A stretch of DNA of 64,000 nucleotides from Vulcanimicrobiota bacterium (GTDB taxonomy: Bacteria > Vulcanimicrobiota > Vulcanimicrobiia > Eremiobacterales > Eremiobacteraceae). The stretch is from NCBI GenBank assembly GCA_963806005.1, contig CAWDWJ010000008.1, positions 276,531 through 340,530 on the forward strand, written 5' to 3'. The notes beneath the pieces were generated by a model that was given only the letters and a program-made list of their open reading frames with translations, ran no database searches and was not told where the DNA came from. A program made the position numbers and the translations under genes. Numbering within the stretch: position 1 is the first letter of the stretch; every line of letters starts with the position of its first letter. Below, in pieces: positions 35,283 through 44,224 of this stretch.

Positions 35283-35503
35283 ATTTATACGGGCGTGATA
35301 CATCCGTACGGGGAAACCCTGTAACAAAACACAAGATAGCTGAGTGGAACTCGCACCGCCTGTCGATACGGTCGCTCGCAAGCCAGATCTTGTGTTATTT
35401 TCGGAGCTGGCGCCGCCGGCGTCGGCAATCTTCCGGTTACACTGGCCACTCCAGATCCGACTGGTAAAGACCACCTTAAGGCGTACCCTAGAAAGGCAAT
35501 GAC

Positions 35504-36187
35504 ATGGCGGATTCAAGCATCCTGATGCCCGGCGCCAGCGAGGCGTATCGTCAGTCGCGCGATCGACTGCGCAGCGCGGAGATCGAATTGCGCGACCGGA
35601 TCGAAGAGGTCGCTACGATGCGGCGCAGCCTGCCGCCGGGTCCGGTCGTCCCCGACTACGAGTTCATCGAAGGCGGCAAGCGCGTTCGTTTGTCCGAGCT
35701 GTTCGCAGACGGCAAGCCCTACTTGATCCTCTATCACCTGATGTACTGGGCGAACGACGATAGCTTCTGTCCGATGTGCTCGCTCTGGATCGACGGGTTT
35801 AACGGTATCGCGCCGCACGTAACGCAGCGGGCAAACTTCGTCATCGCGTCGCGCGCGCCGGTCGATAAATTGCAAGCTTGGGGCGCCCACCGCGAGTGGC
35901 ATCGCCTGCGCCTGCTTTCGGACGATGGTCCGGCGTTCGCGCGTGCCATCGATGCCGAAGATGCCGACGGCAACCCGGATTCGACGATCGTCGTCTTCGC
36001 AAAGGACGGCGACAAGGTGCGCCATGTCTACACGGCCCATCCTATGCTCGAAGACCGCGAGCGCGGGATCGACTTGCTCTGTCCCGTCTGGCATCTTTTC
36101 GACCTCATGCCGTCCGGCCGCGGCGACTGGTATGGTTCCAATGATGGTTTCGACGCCTCGTTGCGGGCGCTGGCAGCCAAAGCATGA
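35504..36187 (+). CDS. DUF899 thioredoxin-fold protein
   Basis: Family pattern: AEIELRDRIEEVATMRRSLPPG ... YHLMY ... CPMCSLWIDGFNG. Confidence 0.75.
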   Translation: MADSSILMPGASEAYRQSRDRLRSAEIELRDRIEEVATMRRSLPPGPVVPDYEFIEGGKRVRLSELFADGKPYLILYHLMYWANDDSFCPMCSLWIDGFNGIAPHVTQRANFVIASRAPVDKLQAWGAHREWHRLRLLSDDGPAFARAIDAEDADGNPDSTIVVFAKDGDKVRHVYTAHPMLEDRERGIDLLCPVWHLFDLMPSGRGDWYGSNDGFDASLRALAAKA

Positions 36188-36303
36188 AGGCGATACACAT
36201 CCCGGGTCCCGTACCGGACGTGGAAAGGCCATTCTAGGCGTTCGCTGCTCTCTAAAAGAAGCCGTTCTTGTTAGCATCTTTCGCAAACCTGAGAGGACTC
36301 ACG

Positions 36304-37227
36304 ATGCGGGCAAGTACGACTCTTATCTGCTTCACCGTCGTCGCCATTTTGGCTGCGCCGGCAGCGCACGCCGCTGAAACCATAGTCGTCAGCAATGTCC
36401 TAGGCCCCGAAGGTCCGTTGTATGTTGACGGCAACCTCTACTACGTCGGCTGGGTCTCAGACACGTTATCAAGGTGGGACGGTAAGACGACCACCGTGCT
36501 GAACCACACTCCGGGGTGCGGCAATAATGGGCTTGCGCTCACGAAGAGGAAGACTTTCTTGCTCGCGTGCACCGACGATCCCGGCGCGATCCTCGAATTG
36601 GATATGACGGGGAAGCAGCTGCGCCGATGGGATGTGGACAGCAACGGCAGGAAGTTTGTCGGCGGCATCAATGACGTTATGGTGGCCCCCAATGGCGGCG
36701 CGTATGCCACGGTCTTTGGCCCATACAATGGCCAACCGACATCGGTGATAGGGAAGATTCTCTATCTCCCGCCCGGCGGTCAGAAATGGATTGATGTTGC
36801 GGACGACCTCGATTACGCTAACGGAATAGGCGTCTCTCCCGACCAGAAGACCCTCTACGTAAGCGAAACCGTCGGGAACTGCATGTTGAAGTTCACAATT
36901 AATAGTGACGGCTCGTTGAGCAATAGATCGAATTTCGCTCTGCTAAACCTTCTCACGAGAAATAAGGTAGACTCTTGGTGGCTTGGGCCTGATAGCATGA
37001 AGATCGACCACAAGGGCGACATCTATGTCGCTCAATGGTTTGGTGGAAAGGTGCTGAAGATATCCCCCAGCGGCAAGGTCTTGCACGTATTCGAGATCGC
37101 CGCGGGTGATGGCACGACAAATGTTGCATTCGGCGCAGGCGAGAAAGTTCTATACGTTACTGTCGTGAAAAATCCAACGGATCCGCAGGCTAGGGGGAGT
37201 GTGGTGAAGATCTCAAATGTTGAGTAG
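36304..37227 (+). CDS. SMP-30/gluconolactonase/LRE-like beta-propeller protein, secreted
   Basis: Start at MRASTTLICFTVVAILAAPAAHA. Motifs EGPLYVDGNLYYV, NDVMVAPNGGAY, ANGIGVSPDQKTLYVSET. Confidence 0.75.
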   Translation: MRASTTLICFTVVAILAAPAAHAAETIVVSNVLGPEGPLYVDGNLYYVGWVSDTLSRWDGKTTTVLNHTPGCGNNGLALTKRKTFLLACTDDPGAILELDMTGKQLRRWDVDSNGRKFVGGINDVMVAPNGGAYATVFGPYNGQPTSVIGKILYLPPGGQKWIDVADDLDYANGIGVSPDQKTLYVSETVGNCMLKFTINSDGSLSNRSNFALLNLLTRNKVDSWWLGPDSMKIDHKGDIYVAQWFGGKVLKISPSGKVLHVFEIAAGDGTTNVAFGAGEKVLYVTVVKNPTDPQARGSVVKISNVE

Positions 37228-37322
37228 GCTCTCCTAAGAGCTCACCTCCCCCTACGCCCCTAGTCCTGCGTCCTGAGAAGTTGGGGTTCGATTCCCTCTC
37301 CACTCGAAAAATAAGTCTGATA

Positions 37323-38513
37323 CTATGGAGCCTTCGAATGAACGGGGTGAGAGAGAGTCGGCCTCGACCCGTTCAACGTATCGTACTCCTCGACGAGGAA
37401 GACTTCGCCGCCCTGATCGACCACTTCGCCGTCCTGACCTTCGTACACGATGAACACCGGATGCGGCCATGGTGGCTTCACCAACACAAGTTTCGACGCC
37501 GGGAGCGTGACCGTGGTTTTCCCGCGGACTTCTCTCATCGGAATCGATCGGATATCCGAGGTCACTCGCACGCGATACCGTTTGCCGTTTCCGACGTCAT
37601 CGATCAACAACGGGTATTTCCCGGGCTGGAACCCGCTGATCGCGACTTTATGGTGCGAATCGTAGCTCAGCGTGAGCTCGATGTTGCCTGCCCTGTCCGG
37701 GGCGCTCGCGTGAACGGCGTAACGCGAATAGGGAACGAGAAAGTATGAGCCACTCTTCATCTTGTCCACGATCCCGTGAGCGTTGATCGTCGTCGGGTCG
37801 AGCACGGGCGCCTGCGCTCCTGTCACATCGCCCGCGAACTCCGTGAATTCCAGGAAATCGGGGCTCGATGGCTGTGATGGATCCTTCTTGTTCGGTTGCA
37901 GCTTGTCTGCCCAGCGCCGATACTGCCACTGGAGCTGATTGATCGGCTTCTTGCCTTTCAAGAATTGACCCGCACGGACGTCGTTGAAGGTCGCGGCGCG
38001 GCCGCGCGCCACGACGCCGGGAGGAAGGTTGGCCAATGCAGCGCTCTCGATCGTGGTCAGCGATGTGATGTAGCATCCGTTGCCGGCGAGGTTCTGCGCG
38101 AAATCGGTCGGCGCGTAGGGCGTCGGTCCGATCGGCGGCGAGAACTGTGGTTCCGACCAGATGATCCTGCCCTTGTTCGGCCCCTGCTTGAGTTCGTATT
38201 TGGCAGCATACGAGATGAGCGGCGCTTGCAACGCCGGGTTCAGCTGCCACAAGAGCGGCATGTGGTCGACGAGGCAATCGTCAAGCGCCGTGCTCCTGCA
38301 GATGAGATCGCCTGACTTCACCGGCCACGACCCCGTCTGCACATGCGGCATCGCGAAGTTGGCCTTGGTGGGCATGTAGCGGATGGTCACCGTGACTTGG
38401 TTGACGTGGAACTGAACGGCAGGCGCAGGTTGCGCCGCAAAGGCTGCCGGCCCCGCGGACAAGACCAGGCCGGCGAGCGGCACAAGAAGCGCCCTCGCCG
38501 ACCACGACATCAT
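37323..38513 (-). CDS. hypothetical secreted protein
   Basis: Start MMSWSARALLVPLAGLVLSAGPAAFA (CATCAT at 38508-38513), which avoids overlap with the permease. No family recognised. Confidence 0.55.
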   Translation of the reverse strand: MMSWSARALLVPLAGLVLSAGPAAFAAQPAPAVQFHVNQVTVTIRYMPTKANFAMPHVQTGSWPVKSGDLICRSTALDDCLVDHMPLLWQLNPALQAPLISYAAKYELKQGPNKGRIIWSEPQFSPPIGPTPYAPTDFAQNLAGNGCYITSLTTIESAALANLPPGVVARGRAATFNDVRAGQFLKGKKPINQLQWQYRRWADKLQPNKKDPSQPSSPDFLEFTEFAGDVTGAQAPVLDPTTINAHGIVDKMKSGSYFLVPYSRYAVHASAPDRAGNIELTLSYDSHHKVAISGFQPGKYPLLIDDVGNGKRYRVRVTSDIRSIPMREVRGKTTVTLPASKLVLVKPPWPHPVFIVYEGQDGEVVDQGGEVFLVEEYDTLNGSRPTLSHPVHSKAP

Positions 38514-38607
38514 TTGGTGCCGAGAGGGTAGCGTGCAGCGCGGCTCGCCGGAACGGTCGTCAGGATTCAACGTCATGCCTTTCTGAAGTCGATACCCATA
38601 TTCCTGA

Positions 38608-40167
38608 CTAATGTTCAATGCGGTGTTGCGCCACGCTGCGGTCGGGTCGTGCAATCGCCTCGTAGACCGCTCCCGTCGTCACAATGATCGCCATGACGAG
38701 CAGCGTCACCCAGCCGTAATTGAAAACCGCACGCCCGCTCGTGAGCGGGCTCGGCCAGACGATATTCAGCAGCATCAGCAACAAGTAGACCGCGCCGCCG
38801 ATCGTGATCGGCATTCCCCACTTCCCGAGGGTGAAGACGCCGCTTGGCTTCCAGCCGCGGCGCCGGGCGAGCAACGCTCCGAAGACCGTAAGGAAGAAGG
38901 CGAGGTAGATGCCCGAGGTGGCGAACGACACGAGAGCATATAGTGCGGTGACGTTTGCCGGGTAATCGAACCAGAGGATATGCACGGGCTTGCTCGGATT
39001 GACGAGCACCAGCAGCAAGAAAAGGAACGGCACGATCGTTCCGACCAGTATCGCGTTGGCCGGCGTGTGGTGGCGCGGCGAGATCTGTTTGATCGTGTTG
39101 CTGAACGGCAGCGCTCCGTCGCGAGCGAGCGCAAACGCTACGCGGGCGCCGGCGCCTTGAACCGCGGTGCCGCAGCTGAAGAACGCGACGATGACCATCA
39201 CGAGGAAGAAGTCCTGCAGCCAGGCGGGCAGCGCGGCGAGAATCGTGTTGATGCCGCCGGAAACGACGCCGCCGATCCCTGACGCCGGCGTCGCGAGCAG
39301 CAAGCCGAGCACCAAGACGAACGAGGCGATGCCGCCGTAGAGCAGCGCGTTGCGCATCGCGTTCGGGACTTGGCGCTGGGCGTCGACCGTCTCTTCGGAG
39401 ATGGCGCCTGCCGATTCGAATCCGTAGAAGATGTAGACGTTGGCGAGCACGGCGACGAGCGCAGCACCGGTCCACCAGTCGCCGCCGAAGTTCACGCCCA
39501 GCGGATTGCTCTTCAGATGCTCGACTTGCTGCGAGGAGAAAATGAATCCGATGCCCTGATGGAAGCCGTGGATCGCCAGCGCGATGAAGACGCCGAAGGT
39601 GCCGATCGTCTCCACGTAGACGCCGAAGCGCGCCACGTGCCCCATGATCTTGGCGCCGACCGAGTTCAGGATCGCCGAGAGCACGATGATGCCGCCGGCG
39701 ATCGCGAAGATCGTCATGTGGTTAGACGGGTCGAGATGCGTCTTGAACCAGATGTTCGAGAGCGAGGTGACGTAGCCGACCGCGCCCGAATCGACCGACG
39801 CCACGGTCGCAAGCAGCGCGAAGCCATAGATCCAGCCGATGAACCAGCCGTAGCGCGGGCCGACATTGTACTTCCCGTATTGGTAGAGCGCGCCGGAGAG
39901 CGGATACTCGCTGGAAAGCTCTCCGAAGACCAGCGCGACGAGCATCATGAGGCCGACGACGAGGGGAATCGTCCAGATATAGCGTGGGCCGCCGGTGCCC
40001 AGACCCAGCGTGTAGAGCGAATAGATCCCGACCATCGGGCTCAGGTAGCTGAAGGCGACGGAGAAGTTGTCGAAGAGCGAAAGTACTCTCGAGAGTTCTT
40101 GCCGGTAACCGAGTGCGGCGAGACGATCGCCGTCGGGCTGGGGCTTTTCGCTTAGTGCTGTGCCCAC
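38608..40167 (-). CDS. APC-family amino acid permease
   Basis: About 12 hydrophobic segments and family-like LFDNFSVAFSYLSPMVGIY. Start taken as the in-frame GTG at 40167 (VGTALSEKPQ...), overlapping the upstream stop. The long Arg-rich extension up to 40320 is implausible. Confidence 0.75.
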   Translation of the reverse strand: MGTALSEKPQPDGDRLAALGYRQELSRVLSLFDNFSVAFSYLSPMVGIYSLYTLGLGTGGPRYIWTIPLVVGLMMLVALVFGELSSEYPLSGALYQYGKYNVGPRYGWFIGWIYGFALLATVASVDSGAVGYVTSLSNIWFKTHLDPSNHMTIFAIAGGIIVLSAILNSVGAKIMGHVARFGVYVETIGTFGVFIALAIHGFHQGIGFIFSSQQVEHLKSNPLGVNFGGDWWTGAALVAVLANVYIFYGFESAGAISEETVDAQRQVPNAMRNALLYGGIASFVLVLGLLLATPASGIGGVVSGGINTILAALPAWLQDFFLVMVIVAFFSCGTAVQGAGARVAFALARDGALPFSNTIKQISPRHHTPANAILVGTIVPFLFLLLVLVNPSKPVHILWFDYPANVTALYALVSFATSGIYLAFFLTVFGALLARRRGWKPSGVFTLGKWGMPITIGGAVYLLLMLLNIVWPSPLTSGRAVFNYGWVTLLVMAIIVTTGAVYEAIARPDRSVAQHRIEH

Positions 40168-40625
40168 GCCCAGCCCGTTATGCGCCAGCCGGCCGCGATC
40201 TTTTTCAGCGCCACCGTGAGGACCGAGCCAGACTCCGTCACCGGTTTCCCGTGTTGTTTGTACGTATAGGTGACGGGAACGACGACGTAGGCTCGAGCAC
40301 CGGTGACAGCGACGTGCCACGGAGTACCCAGAGTCACGATCCCGTCGGTGATCCCATTTTTCTTGGCGTCCGCGTCATAGGCGTTCGACCAATCGACGCA
40401 CGCCGTCGGGCCCTGCCACTCGTGCGGCGGCACGTCGTCGATGATGGACGCCGGCGAGGCGCATGCCGCCAGCGCTGATTTGGCGTCGCCCTTATTGAAT
40501 CCGTCGATGAATTGATGGACCGTCGCCATCACGGCGGTCTGTTCGGACGCGACGGCCGATCCCGCCCCGAAGGCGAGGATGAGGCCGGCGGTCACAGTCA
40601 AGATGACGAATCGTCTGAACTCCAT
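40152..40625 (-). CDS. SnoaL/NTF2-like (DUF4440-type) secreted protein
   Basis: Start MEFRRFVILTV (RBS GGAGGA). VHQFIDGFNKGD near the N-terminus and WRITGWAW at the C-terminus. Confidence 0.6.
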   Translation of the reverse strand: MEFRRFVILTVTAGLILAFGAGSAVASEQTAVMATVHQFIDGFNKGDAKSALAACASPASIIDDVPPHEWQGPTACVDWSNAYDADAKKNGITDGIVTLGTPWHVAVTGARAYVVVPVTYTYKQHGKPVTESGSVLTVALKKIAAGWRITGWAWAQH

Positions 40626-40706
40626 GCTTCCTCCGACGTAGCACAATGCGACCTGCTCGATGAGTGAGTCAGGCGTCTCGGCGTGGACGTTGAAGAACGC
40701 GGGGCC

Positions 40707-41183
40707 CTACCCCTGCGAAAGGCGATCGGCCGGCGGCTCCCACACGAGTTCGGCGACATCGAACACCAACTGCACGTCTTTTTGCTCCAACGGTTCCGGC
40801 GGCGGATCAGGCACTCTCACCTCACCGCACAGCACGCAGATGGAATCGTTGAGGAAGCGGTATTTCTCCTGATCGGTCACGTGCCACGCCGCGCCGACCA
40901 CTTGCCGCCGGCCCGGCGGATACGCTCGACCATAGCCCTGGTAATCCACCATGACGAGGCCACCGCCGTCGAGCTCGATGAAGCCTTGCATGTTCATCGC
41001 AAACGCGCGGTCGGTTCTGCGCCGGGGATGGTTGCCGGCACGGAACTTTCCGGTGAGCCGTCCTTCGCATCGCCCCTCCGCGAAATAGTAATGGTGCTCT
41101 TCGGTTCCATTCGGACCCGTCAAGTCGATCTGCCAGCCATCGGGGTAGAAGAATTTCACGGTGTACAGAGGTCGAAGTTGCAT
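40707..41183 (-). CDS. DUF3237-family protein
   Basis: 158 aa; the pattern LYTVKF ... EGRCEGRLTGKF resembles DUF3237/UPF0311 from memory. Confidence 0.55.
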   Translation of the reverse strand: MQLRPLYTVKFFYPDGWQIDLTGPNGTEEHHYYFAEGRCEGRLTGKFRAGNHPRRRTDRAFAMNMQGFIELDGGGLVMVDYQGYGRAYPPGRRQVVGAAWHVTDQEKYRFLNDSICVLCGEVRVPDPPPEPLEQKDVQLVFDVAELVWEPPADRLSQG

Positions 41184-41369
41184 GGCTCTTCCTTCTAGAC
41201 ACGAGGGCAGTAGACGAGACGTCGATTCATGTTCTTTCTCCTCGCCTGCGCGCGGGAGAGATGCGCCGGAGGACCGTGGAAGATTGCGCTGCGAACGCGG
41301 CCCTGGTCATCCATGGGGGTGGCCCGCCGGGTCGTGGTCCGAGCCCGGGAGAGGAAGGAGCTCTGAGTC

Positions 41370-43046
41370 GTGGTCGTCCCCTGGTACCGATCGAAGTGGG
41401 CCCTCGCCGGCGGCGTCATCCTCGTGCTGGGGCTGGTCGGCGCCGTCGCCCTTTCCTTCTTCTTCCAGGTCGACCGCTTCCGCCCGCTGCTCATACAACT
41501 CATCGAGATCAATACCGGACACAAAGTCCAGATCGATTCGCTGGAACTCCACTTCGTGCCGACCGTGCACCTCCAAGCCGTGAATGTCCGTGTGAGGAAC
41601 TCGCAGGGCTTCCCGCAGGGTGACGCCATCATCGTGAAGTCGGTCGATCTCGACGTCGGGCTGGCCGCGGTGCTGTCGCGTAAGCTCGATGTGACGGCTA
41701 TCGTACTCAGCGGCATCCAGGTGAATCTCCTCCGCAACCCCTCCGGCCGTACCAACCTCGAGCTTCCGGTTGCAATCGGTCCACCGCGGGAGACCGCGGT
41801 CGCCCCTGGGGGTGGCGCCTTGCTGACGCTCAATCACGTCGGTGCGGTGGCCGTGACGGACGTAGCGATCACCGTGGCCGGCTACGACGGACGCACCAGC
41901 AAGGTGACCCCGTCGCTCACGTTGAGCGGTGTGAATGCCACCATGCGTTCGATCAACCTGAGCGCACCCGACGCGCTGAAGCGACTCGAAGTGAGCTCGG
42001 TCCTGCGAGGCGTGAGGATCACGACTCCTGCGCTTGCCAAGCCGGTGCAGTTCGACGCGGGCGACCTTCTCATCAAGAAGAGCGCCGCGCGGGGAACGTT
42101 TTCAGCAACGCTCGACACCATTCGTGTCACGGGGAGCGTCGCGGTCGCCAGTATCCACCCGTTCTCCACGATCGCCTTCGAGGTCGTCATCCCCGACCTC
42201 GACATCAAAAAGATGGAGGGCCTCGTGCTCCGCAATGCAAGCGCCCGTTCTGCGCCCTCGACGCCGCGGCGCTTACTTGCGCGCGGAGCGGTCAGAGTCG
42301 CGCGGCTCGTGCTTGGCCCGTTCGAGGCGACGCAAGTGCGTGGGCGGCTGAGCGTCTATAGCACCACGATCCAAGCGGACTCCTATGCGCTTTCAACCTA
42401 TGGCGGCACTGTCCAGGGCGCGGCGACGCTCGTTCACTCCGCCGCTGGTCTCCCCACAACCGTCACCGCGACGGTGCGCGGCGTCAGCGTCGAGCGGCTG
42501 GCGACCCTGCTCTCTCCCGGGTCACAAAGGAAGATCACGGGGACGCTTGAGGCAGATCTTAGACTGGCAACCGTGATGGGGCACGATTTCGAGCAAGCTC
42601 TCACGGGGAACGGAACCTTTGCGGTGCGCAACGGATCTTTTCCGAGATTGGACCTCAAGACCACCTTGGAGAAGCTGGCTATGGCGGTGCATCTCATCAC
42701 CGTGCCCGCAGGACCCACGCGGTTCAGCTACCTTGGCGGAGATATTCGCATCGCGCAGCAGCGCGTGTACAGCAACGCACTTCGGCTCGAGGCACAAGGT
42801 CTGGAGGGGACGGCGCGGGGGAGCTTCGGCTTCGATAAGACCCTTGACTATACGGCGACGGGCGCGATCAAGGCCCCACCATCAGCCGCATCGGGGGGCG
42901 TCATGTCACTTCTGGGGCGGATGATCAGGACGCTCATGCCGGGGACGTCGGGCGCAGCCGGTATCCAGGTGCCGTTCACCGTGCGAGGGACCTTCCACGA
43001 TCCCAAGTTCGCGCCGGCGGGCAACCCGGAGCCGATTCGGGGCTGA
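41370..43046 (+). CDS. AsmA-family protein
   Basis: N-terminal TM anchor, then the AsmA-like repeat-poor beta-rich body (IDSLELHFVPTVHLQAVNVRVRN ... C-terminal VPFTVRGTFHDPKF). Confidence 0.75.
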   Translation: MVVPWYRSKWALAGGVILVLGLVGAVALSFFFQVDRFRPLLIQLIEINTGHKVQIDSLELHFVPTVHLQAVNVRVRNSQGFPQGDAIIVKSVDLDVGLAAVLSRKLDVTAIVLSGIQVNLLRNPSGRTNLELPVAIGPPRETAVAPGGGALLTLNHVGAVAVTDVAITVAGYDGRTSKVTPSLTLSGVNATMRSINLSAPDALKRLEVSSVLRGVRITTPALAKPVQFDAGDLLIKKSAARGTFSATLDTIRVTGSVAVASIHPFSTIAFEVVIPDLDIKKMEGLVLRNASARSAPSTPRRLLARGAVRVARLVLGPFEATQVRGRLSVYSTTIQADSYALSTYGGTVQGAATLVHSAAGLPTTVTATVRGVSVERLATLLSPGSQRKITGTLEADLRLATVMGHDFEQALTGNGTFAVRNGSFPRLDLKTTLEKLAMAVHLITVPAGPTRFSYLGGDIRIAQQRVYSNALRLEAQGLEGTARGSFGFDKTLDYTATGAIKAPPSAASGGVMSLLGRMIRTLMPGTSGAAGIQVPFTVRGTFHDPKFAPAGNPEPIRG

Positions 43047-43056
43047 GCAGAGAGTG

Positions 43057-43998
43057 TCAGCGATCGAACCACCGGTATTGCAGCGTCAGTCCGATGGTGG
43101 CGAATTTCGAGCCGAGCTGGCCGCTGAGCCAATTCGAATACGCAAGCTTCGTCGAGAATCCGCTCGAGAGCGGGGTCGAAAGCGTCAGGCCATAGCGCGA
43201 ATTCGCCAGGATATCGTGCGTCGCCACACCGTTCACGCTCACCATGCCGCCGGTATAGTACGTCCCGTCGGCAGCGAGCCATAGGCCCGGGCGGAAGTTG
43301 TAGCCGGCGTGGACCTGAAAATCCGACACCGGCTCTTGGGCACGCTTCTGTCCCCCGAAGAAGTCGTTGTTATTGGTGAAGAGCCAGACACCCGCCGATC
43401 CGTCTGCGAACCACTTCCCCATCGGGTGTTCAACACCGATCTCCGGTTTGAAGGCCCAGCGGTTCGAACCGACGTTGATGAGGTACGCAGGATTGTAGGC
43501 ACCGGTCGGTGCGACGACAGCGACGCTCACCCCGACCGTCGTCGTCGGCTTGCGTCGCGCGAACTGTTCCGGGGTGAGCGCCGGGTCGCCGATGAAATTC
43601 CACGCGAAACGCATGGTGATGTCGTTAAACCCAGACCGCGAAATCGCCCTGCTCTGGTCGCCGACTTGCCCGGTGAGATTTCCGTGGAGATACGGAAGGA
43701 GGACGGCGAGGCTCGCGGTCTCCCCCCAGAGCCCGAAGGTGTGTTCGTACCCAAACTTGCCCGCGTTGATCGAAGCGTGCACGTCCGTGACTGGAAGTGA
43801 TGGATCGAGCGACACGGCTCCGCCTGAGTACGAGTAACCCAAGATCAAGAAGTTGGTGCCGATCGGAGCGGCAGAGTAGGCACGAGCCTCCAGATCCTCA
43901 GCCTGTGCTGCGATGCCGCTCATCATGACGGCGAGCATCATGATGATGACGATCGCCAGTGCGGTGCTGTGATGCACGCTTCTTCTCACGCGCCACAC
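43057..43998 (-). CDS. outer-membrane beta-barrel channel (MetA-pathway/phenol-degradation-type transporter family)
   Basis: Signal peptide, alternating beta-strand pattern, C-terminal aromatic residue (..LQYRWFDR). Confidence 0.65.
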   Translation of the reverse strand: MWRVRRSVHHSTALAIVIIMMLAVMMSGIAAQAEDLEARAYSAAPIGTNFLILGYSYSGGAVSLDPSLPVTDVHASINAGKFGYEHTFGLWGETASLAVLLPYLHGNLTGQVGDQSRAISRSGFNDITMRFAWNFIGDPALTPEQFARRKPTTTVGVSVAVVAPTGAYNPAYLINVGSNRWAFKPEIGVEHPMGKWFADGSAGVWLFTNNNDFFGGQKRAQEPVSDFQVHAGYNFRPGLWLAADGTYYTGGMVSVNGVATHDILANSRYGLTLSTPLSSGFSTKLAYSNWLSGQLGSKFATIGLTLQYRWFDR

Positions 43999-44224
43999 TA
44001 CCGTGTCAGTGCGGTGGATACCTCGGAGCGATTCTCGTCGTGAAGGCCGCGCGCGTCGTCGAGGAGACCGAGCTCTCGAACGACATCGCGGTGCACAAGC
44101 GCCGCCCGAGCCTCGCGCTTCCCAAAGCCCAACGGGTTAGAACTCCGCACAGCCCGCAACGTGCCTGCGTTTGGCGCGAGCCAGGCCGAGGGTCCTGCGG
44201 GTGGGCGGTTGAAGCCCTGAAGCG

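Noticed and set aside
35328-35396. 10-bp inverted repeat AACACAAGAT ... ATCTTGTGTT separated by 49 nt, followed by ATTTT.
   Set aside because: It may be a structured RNA or a terminator-like element at the edge of the decayed module 8. With a single copy and no flanking context I cannot assign a function.
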